From Candidatus Saccharimonadota bacterium (GTDB lineage Archaea > Nanohalarchaeota > Nanosalinia > Nanosalinales > Nanosalinaceae), in the NCBI RefSeq assembly GCF_047555085.1, contig NZ_CP180230.1, positions 120,001-152,000 on the forward strand: 32,000 bases of DNA. The letters are read 5' to 3'. The translations under genes and the position numbers were made by a program. Below the pieces are notes generated by a model. It was given only the letters and a program-made list of their open reading frames with translations, was not told the DNA's origin and searched no databases. Shown here one piece after another: positions 26,903 through 32,000 of the stretch. The first letter of the stretch is position 1; each line of letters opens with the position of its first letter.

Positions 26903-28315
26903 TTATTTCATATCTTCTAGCGATTCTTTTGCCCACTTCTCAAAAGCTCTATCTACTAGATCATATAGCGATTTAAATTCGGATTCGGAGGCTATCTGAG
27001 TATCGAGATTAGAAGAGTTATCCAGTTCAATAGTTTCTATCTTCTCATGTTCAGGCATAGATTCTAGGAAGTCGGTTCGTCCCTGCCACGCTGTGAGTTC
27101 TTGGAAAAATTCATCTGTTAAAATTTCCTCTAGGCCTACATATTCTTCGGCAATTTCAGCTATGTCCATGTTAGACCACTCTTCTAACGATTCTCTTTCC
27201 TTTTCAGCGAGTTTTTCAGCCTTTGATGAGAATTCTTCGCAGATGTCATCGACTATTAAGTCCATAGCTCGTAATGTAATAGAGTCTGTCGCAGTGGGAA
27301 AGGATTCGACCAAAGCGAGATTTATCTGCTGAAGCGCAATTGCTGTAAGTTGGCCGGGCCTATCAAGTCCCCCATTAGAAGGTCCTGCTAGTATGCTAGG
27401 CCTTTCAGGAGCGTCAGGCAAATTTATCATCCCTAATTTGTTCATTGTTCCTCTAGAATCGGCGTGAACGGTATGATTCCCAAGCTTCCTAAAGGGCTCA
27501 TACATCTCTAGTCCTGCAGATTCTTCCAAGTTCTTGATAGATACATGGCCTTCTTCAAGCGCATTCTTGGCCCATTCAGTACCTCTATAACCGTCGATAT
27601 CTTCAAATTTATCAGATATCATCTCTTTCTGCTCTTTGAGATCTTGCCATGTTTCACTGTCTATAGGTTCAAAATCTAGTTCGTCTTGGTATTCTCTATA
27701 TTTCTCTGCTAGATAGAAATCCAAGATTATTGACTGTTCTAAATACCTCTGAGCTGTATTCTGTCCATTATCTGCGATTACATTTGCGTTACAGGATAAT
27801 TCATGAAGTGTTCTCCATCTAGCCATTGAGCCATCGGCATAGCCGGCCTCTAACAAAGCTAATATTTCAGATGCAACTTGTACTCCTCTTGCGTGAATCT
27901 GAACGAGAGCCTCAAACTTGTAATCTTGCTCCTCAGCCGCCTCTAATCTGTTATCCATGTTAATTCCGTTCCCTATATCTCTTGAGCAGAGAATGAAGTT
28001 TTGTAGAAGGTCTAAAGGCGTTCCCCAGTGATCTTTAAGCTGATCTCGAAAGTCTGCCATTTCTGATTTGTGCTGCTCTAATTCTTCATTGAGATCCAGT
28101 ATATTTTCTTTCAAATCTTCAGAAAGCTCTTCGGCAGTGTCTTCTGCGAGTTCATTAATTTCTTCCTGTGTTAAATCTCTGCCTGCTTCTTCTAGAGATT
28201 CTTCCAGTGCATTATAGAACCACTCGTCTCTTTCTTCCATAATAGAAATATCTAGGAGAAAACTTTCATTTTTTGGCAATAAAGGGAGGCGAGGCCTGAG
28301 GGCCTCTTCACTCAC
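26903..28315 (-). CDS. Large acidic orphan, DUF5677-like core with an Rx4H (HEPN-like) motif
   Basis: A 470-aa ORF. The segment HARGVQVASEILALLEAGYADGSMARWRTLHELSCNANVI (R166-x4-H171, nt about 27803-27820) and the later block WAKNALEEGHVSIKNLEESAGLEMYEPFRKLGNHTVHADSRG resemble DUF5677. The track start is GTG; the ATG at 28240 (MEERDEW) is an alternative. Confidence 0.6.
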   Translation of the reverse strand: MSEEALRPRLPLLPKNESFLLDISIMEERDEWFYNALEESLEEAGRDLTQEEINELAEDTAEELSEDLKENILDLNEELEQHKSEMADFRDQLKDHWGTPLDLLQNFILCSRDIGNGINMDNRLEAAEEQDYKFEALVQIHARGVQVASEILALLEAGYADGSMARWRTLHELSCNANVIADNGQNTAQRYLEQSIILDFYLAEKYREYQDELDFEPIDSETWQDLKEQKEMISDKFEDIDGYRGTEWAKNALEEGHVSIKNLEESAGLEMYEPFRKLGNHTVHADSRGTMNKLGMINLPDAPERPSILAGPSNGGLDRPGQLTAIALQQINLALVESFPTATDSITLRAMDLIVDDICEEFSSKAEKLAEKERESLEEWSNMDIAEIAEEYVGLEEILTDEFFQELTAWQGRTDFLESMPEHEKIETIELDNSSNLDTQIASESEFKSLYDLVDRAFEKWAKESLEDMK

Positions 28316-28445
28316 TCTCTTCTGTGCCTCCGTGAGTTACATGGCACCTTTTCAGGTGAAGATCTGTCCTCCCAGGAGGTGTTTCACAAAAAGTTCGCAG
28401 TGAGAATCACCTCCATCCTCTAGTTTGCTTAGATTTTGAGGAATT

Positions 28446-28528
28446 TGCGAGGGCGAGGATTCGAACCCCGGAACCTCTACAGGACAGCGCCCTCAACGCT
28501 GCGCCTTTGACCACTTGGCTACCCTCGC
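28446..28528 (-). tRNA. tRNA-Leu (GAG), class II with a long variable arm
   Basis: The minus sense reads GCGAGGG-TA-GCC..GGC-G-CAGCG-TTGAGGG-CGCTG-(long variable arm TCCTGTAGAGGTTC)-CGGGG-TTCGAAT-CCTCG-CCCTCGC-A. Confidence 0.92.
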
Positions 28529-28683
28529 GAAATAAAAACTCTGTGTATTGGGAGGCCTGTGTGTAACTTTTCTCGAGTAGGCCTCTACTTTCTCTGTATT
28601 GAAGGATTCTGTTGGCTATTTTTTTAACTGGTATGCAATGGAGTCTGAAAGGAGGCCTGAAATTTTTCTTCTTTTGTATTTGA

Positions 28684-29439
28684 TTACTGTAGCTGTGTGC
28701 AGAAGTTGTCGATCAGTCCGGCGATTTCTTCAGGCCTTTCAGGCAGCATCTGATGTGTTGTATCAACTGTTTCAAGCCGGCAGTCGAGGAGATCTGCAAG
28801 ATTCTTTGATTTTTCCATTGTTATAGCGCCGTCTTTCTCCCCGGCGATGACCAGGGCCTGTGTATCAACTTCTTCAAGATCTTTTCGTACATCGTAGCTC
28901 ATCATCGCCTCAAGCCCAGCTTTTACAGGCCTCTTATCTGCTTTCATAAGTTCTTTTACAGTCATGTCTCTGATCTTGTCGTTTCTTCCCTGTATGTAGT
29001 TGTCGGCGATCTTTTCTGCCCATTCTCTCCGGGGGATTTCCTCGAACTGTTCCAGGAAGTAGCTGACTGATCTGTTCTCCGGATCCGGTGTATCCGCGCA
29101 TGTTCCAAGCAGTACAAGGCCTGAAAAGTTTTCGTAGAGAGTTGCGTATTTCAGTGCTGTCATGCCTCCCATAGAATGGCCTACAAGAATAGGATCAACT
29201 ATATCGAGTGCTTCAAGCAGCTCATCCAGATCTTCTGCCATATCTTTTACTGTAAAATCCTCTTCTGTGGACTTGCTGTGACATCTCTGATTGTACGTGA
29301 GTACAGGCCTTTCTGTTTCAAGGTACGGCATCAGAAGTTTCCAGAAATCCTTGGATCCAAGCCAGCCGTGGATGAATACGATAGGCCTTCCTTCTCCTTC
29401 TCTGAAACTGTAGTCAATTCTCTCAGTTACAGGCCTCAT
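28684..29439 (-). CDS. Alpha/beta-fold hydrolase
   Basis: It has the HGWLGS oxyanion-hole motif, the GHSMGG nucleophile elbow and a C-terminal His (DTTHQMLPE). The size is 251 aa. Confidence 0.8.
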   Translation of the reverse strand: MRPVTERIDYSFREGEGRPIVFIHGWLGSKDFWKLLMPYLETERPVLTYNQRCHSKSTEEDFTVKDMAEDLDELLEALDIVDPILVGHSMGGMTALKYATLYENFSGLVLLGTCADTPDPENRSVSYFLEQFEEIPRREWAEKIADNYIQGRNDKIRDMTVKELMKADKRPVKAGLEAMMSYDVRKDLEEVDTQALVIAGEKDGAITMEKSKNLADLLDCRLETVDTTHQMLPERPEEIAGLIDNFCTQLQ

Positions 29440-29498
29440 AGTTCCAGATTTGGATCAGGCCGTATATTATTTACGTAGGGAACTCGAATACCTCAGTT

Positions 29499-29783
29499 AT
29501 GCATGGAGAGGCCTCGCGGAAGGTGCCTGACGGCAAGCTTGTGAATGTCGAACTTGATTACTCGGATGTTCTGGAAGACGTGGAGATCAGAGGTGATTTT
29601 TTCCTGGAGCCGCCGAAGGCGCTTGAGGCCCTGGAGTCTGCTCTTGAGGGTGTCTCATCTGATGCTTCACGTCAGGAGCTTGTCTCTGCTATGCAGTCTG
29701 TCAGAGCTGATCTGATCGGTTTCTCCCGTGAGGATATTGCAGATACTGTTTTACAGGCCATGGGAAGAGGTGACGAAGTATGA
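29499..29783 (+). CDS. lplB: Lipoate-protein ligase accessory subunit (stand-alone LplA C-terminal domain)
   Basis: A 94-aa protein. KVPDGKLVNVELDYSD..LEDVEIRGDFFLEPPKALEALESAL is the Lip_prot_lig_C pattern. It has an ATGA overlap with lplA. Confidence 0.8.
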   Translation: MHGEASRKVPDGKLVNVELDYSDVLEDVEIRGDFFLEPPKALEALESALEGVSSDASRQELVSAMQSVRADLIGFSREDIADTVLQAMGRGDEV

Positions 29784-30526
29784 AATGGCGTATAATCAAT
29801 GAAGGAGAGTACAGCGAGGCTATGCATCATGCTATCGATGAAGTTCTCGCGGATAAGATGGAAAAAGGCGAGATGAGGCCTACGCTTCGTTTCTGGTACC
29901 GGAAAAATCCTTCTGTACCGTTCGGACGTTTCCAGAGCTTTGAAGACGAAGTCGAAGTCGATTACGCAGAGGAAAACGGCATAGAGGTTGTGAGACGTAT
30001 CACTGGCGGAGGAGCGATGTTCGCGGAGCCGGGAAACGTCATAACGTACTCGATATATATTCCAAAGGATCAGGTTCCTGAAGATGTTGAACAGAGTTAC
30101 AGGGAGCTGGATAATTTTGCTGTAGAGGCCTTACAGGATCTTGGTGTGGAGGCGAGTTACAGGCCTCTGAACGATATTGAACATGAGGACGGCAAGCTTG
30201 GGGGTGCTGCGCAGTTGAGGAAGAATGATTCTGTGCTGCATCATACTACGATGAGTTATGATCTTGATACGGAGGAGATGCTCCGTGTACTCAGGATTGG
30301 AAAGGAGAAGGTTTCAGATAAAGCAGTGAAATCTGCCGAGAAACGTGTATCACGTATCACAGATCACATCGATAGTTCAAGGGAGGAAGTTATCGAGAAG
30401 ATTATTGAGAAGTTTGTCGAAGGGAAAGAGTACGAGGAAGGAGGCCTTTCGGAGGATGAGTTAAGCAGGGCGGAGAAACTGGCTGAGGAAAAGTTTTGCT
30501 CCAGTGATTGGAACAGGAAACTCTAG
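29780..30526 (+). CDS. lplA: Lipoate-protein ligase A, catalytic domain
   Basis: It has RRITGGGAMFAEPGNVITYS and the catalytic-Lys block DGKLGGAAQ (BPL/LplA/LipB fold). The size is 248 aa. Confidence 0.85.
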   Translation: MKWRIINEGEYSEAMHHAIDEVLADKMEKGEMRPTLRFWYRKNPSVPFGRFQSFEDEVEVDYAEENGIEVVRRITGGGAMFAEPGNVITYSIYIPKDQVPEDVEQSYRELDNFAVEALQDLGVEASYRPLNDIEHEDGKLGGAAQLRKNDSVLHHTTMSYDLDTEEMLRVLRIGKEKVSDKAVKSAEKRVSRITDHIDSSREEVIEKIIEKFVEGKEYEEGGLSEDELSRAEKLAEEKFCSSDWNRKL

Positions 30527-30580
30527 GTTATACTCTGGTTTCCGGTTATCATTTAACACTCATTTACATCTTTCCAATGT

Positions 30581-31483
30581 ATGAGACCGAAGGTAAAAGG
30601 ACTTCACCACATCACAATCATCTGCGGAGAACCCGGTAAAAACGCTGATTTCTACATCGATGTACTGGGCATGCGGATGGTGAAAAAAACCGTTAACCAC
30701 GACGCACCGGAACTGTACCATTTATTCTACGGAGATGCAGAGGGAACACCGGGATCCAGCGTAACATTCTTCCCGATGATGGCGGACAACCAGGGACAGC
30801 CAGGAACAGGCCAGGTGACGGAACTAGGCCTCAGAATCCCGGAAAACTCGCTGAGTTACTGGAAAAACCGTCTACATGAAAACGATGTAACTTACGGAGT
30901 CGAAAATTTGAGAGGCCTGGAAACTTTAACTTTTGAAGATCCTGACGGCCTTGACCTCAGATTGATACCGGGCAACGACGGAGATTTCACGCCGTGGAGC
31001 GAAAGCACAGTGCCGGAGGACAAACAGATAAGAGGCATGAAACAGGTAAAAATTGAGGCCTCTCAGCACGATCTTTCAAGACAGCTGCTGGAGTTGATGG
31101 ATCTTGAGAAAGTCGGAGACAGTTTCTTCCGTGCCAGCGACGGCTCCGGTGTACACCTTGTCGAAAGCAATCAACGTGGAAAGATGGGGCGTGGATCCGT
31201 CCATCACATCGCTTTCAAAGTTGAAGACGAGGAGATGCAGGAGGCCTGGAGAGAGGAACTGCAGAACATGGGCATGATGCCTTCGCCGGTGACTGACAGA
31301 AGATACTTCAAATCGTTATACTTCAGGGAGCCTTCCGGAGTGCTGTACGAGTTCGCGACGATGGGGCCTGGATACACGGCTGATGAGGAACTTGAAGAGC
31401 TTGGAGAAAATCTTGTGCTTCCCGACGAACTTGAAGGCAGGAGAAGGGAGATAGAAAACTCTCTACCGGAGTTCGACAGGTGA
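30581..31483 (+). CDS. VOC-superfamily ring-cleaving dioxygenase (MhqE/MhqO/YfiE-like)
   Basis: The N-terminal block GLHHITIICGEPGKNADFYIDVLGMRMVKKTVNHDAPELYHLFYGD is present, with a second VOC repeat GSVHHIAFKVEDEE. The size is 300 aa. Confidence 0.85.
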   Translation: MRPKVKGLHHITIICGEPGKNADFYIDVLGMRMVKKTVNHDAPELYHLFYGDAEGTPGSSVTFFPMMADNQGQPGTGQVTELGLRIPENSLSYWKNRLHENDVTYGVENLRGLETLTFEDPDGLDLRLIPGNDGDFTPWSESTVPEDKQIRGMKQVKIEASQHDLSRQLLELMDLEKVGDSFFRASDGSGVHLVESNQRGKMGRGSVHHIAFKVEDEEMQEAWREELQNMGMMPSPVTDRRYFKSLYFREPSGVLYEFATMGPGYTADEELEELGENLVLPDELEGRRREIENSLPEFDR

Positions 31484-31489
31484 AAAACT

Positions 31490-32000
31490 TTGGTACACTC
31501 AGACAGGCCTGTAATCGAGAAAGGAACTATGGAATCCGGAAAAGCTGTGATAATGATACACGGGAGAGGAGCCACTGCACAGAGCATCCTCAACCTTTCC
31601 GAAAAACTTCCAGAGGCCTACTACATGGCACCGCAGGCCTCGAAAAGGGAGTGGTATCCGAGAAGTTTTCTGGAAAAGAGGGAGAAAAATCAGCCGCATC
31701 TCGACTCCGCACTGAAGAAGATCGATGAACTTGTAGAAGAGGCCTCTGAGAAAGTAGGACGGGAAAATGTTTTCCTACTCGGATTCTCGCAGGGAGCATG
31801 TCTCGCATCAGAGTACGCTGCGTCTAATCCCGGAAGATTCGGAGGTGTGATACTTTTCAGCGGAGGCCTGATAGGAGATAAAGTTGAAAGTTTTGAAGGC
31901 GACATGCAGGGGACGAAAGTTTTCATAGGATGCAGCGACAACGATCCGCATATCCCGCTGGAAAGGGTCAACGAGACAGAGGAAGTTTTCCAGCAGCTTG
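31490..32000 (+). CDS. Phospholipase/carboxylesterase-family hydrolase (MhqD-like), 3'-truncated by the window end
   Basis: The hand-translated frame (TTG 31490 or ATG 31529) reads ...GKAVIMIHGRGATAQSILNLSEKL...VFLLGFSQGACLASEYAA...GCSDNDPHIPLE. GFSQGA is the nucleophile elbow. This frame is not in the ORF track because it runs off the window. Confidence 0.8.
   Translation, partial: MVHSDRPVIEKGTMESGKAVIMIHGRGATAQSILNLSEKLPEAYYMAPQASKREWYPRSFLEKREKNQPHLDSALKKIDELVEEASEKVGRENVFLLGFSQGACLASEYAASNPGRFGGVILFSGGLIGDKVESFEGDMQGTKVFIGCSDNDPHIPLERVNETEEVFQQL

Noticed and set aside
28316-28528. A possible genomic island integrated at tRNA-Leu
   Set aside because: I found no direct repeat of the tRNA 3' half (GGATTCGAACC...) in the flanking 3 kb, and no integrase or recombinase. 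The flanking genes have native-like acidic composition.
31204-31971. ORFs 31480..31728 (+), 31204..31593 (-), 31499..31699 (-), 31590..31808 (-) and 31690..31971 (-)
   Set aside because: A different + frame starting at 31490 or 31529 encodes a clear carboxylesterase-family protein (HGRGA, GFSQGA). These ORFs are alternative-frame artefacts.

Overview
This is a 32-kb chromosomal window from an AT-leaning archaeon whose predicted proteins are strikingly acidic, as in halophiles. Archaeal hallmarks read directly from the sequence are: unlinked 23S (8859-11844, -) and 16S (14283-15755, -) rRNA genes, a tRNA with a canonical bulge-helix-bulge intron, an unlisted Sec61beta ORF, an RNase P RNA, and a candidate C/D-box sRNA. 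Unlinked rRNAs, tight packing and NTGA gene overlaps suggest a DPANN/Nanohaloarchaeota-like genome; this is inference only. Protein genes include ArgRS, a GH37 trehalase, an agmatinase-family ureohydrolase, a ChaC/GGCT-like protein, a LamG-domain secreted protein, a SAM methyltransferase, glutamate dehydrogenase and a PEBP/YbhB protein. They also include a complete seven-gene Mrp cation/proton antiporter operon, three lipobox proteins, a DUF5677/HEPN-like orphan, an alpha/beta hydrolase, a bipartite lipoate-protein ligase (lplB-lplA), an MhqE/MhqD-like dioxygenase plus carboxylesterase pair, and several acidic hypotheticals. There are five tRNAs: Phe-GAA, Arg-UCU (with intron), Ala-UGC, His-GUG and Leu-GAG. 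I saw no CRISPR array, transposase, integrase or recognisable defence operon. The most unusual signal is at the DNA level: the palindromic hexamer AGGCCT occurs about once per 200 bp, in all codon phases, on both strands, in intergenic DNA and in small RNAs, but is rare in rRNA. This resembles a highly iterated palindrome of the cyanobacterial HIP1 type. Other notable points are a tRNA-Arg(UCU) carrying the alanine identity pair G3:U70, duplicated promoter/leader boxes upstream of the separated 16S and 23S genes with an inverted tRNA-Ala between them, and an mrpF reading frame with no canonical start next to an A6 run.
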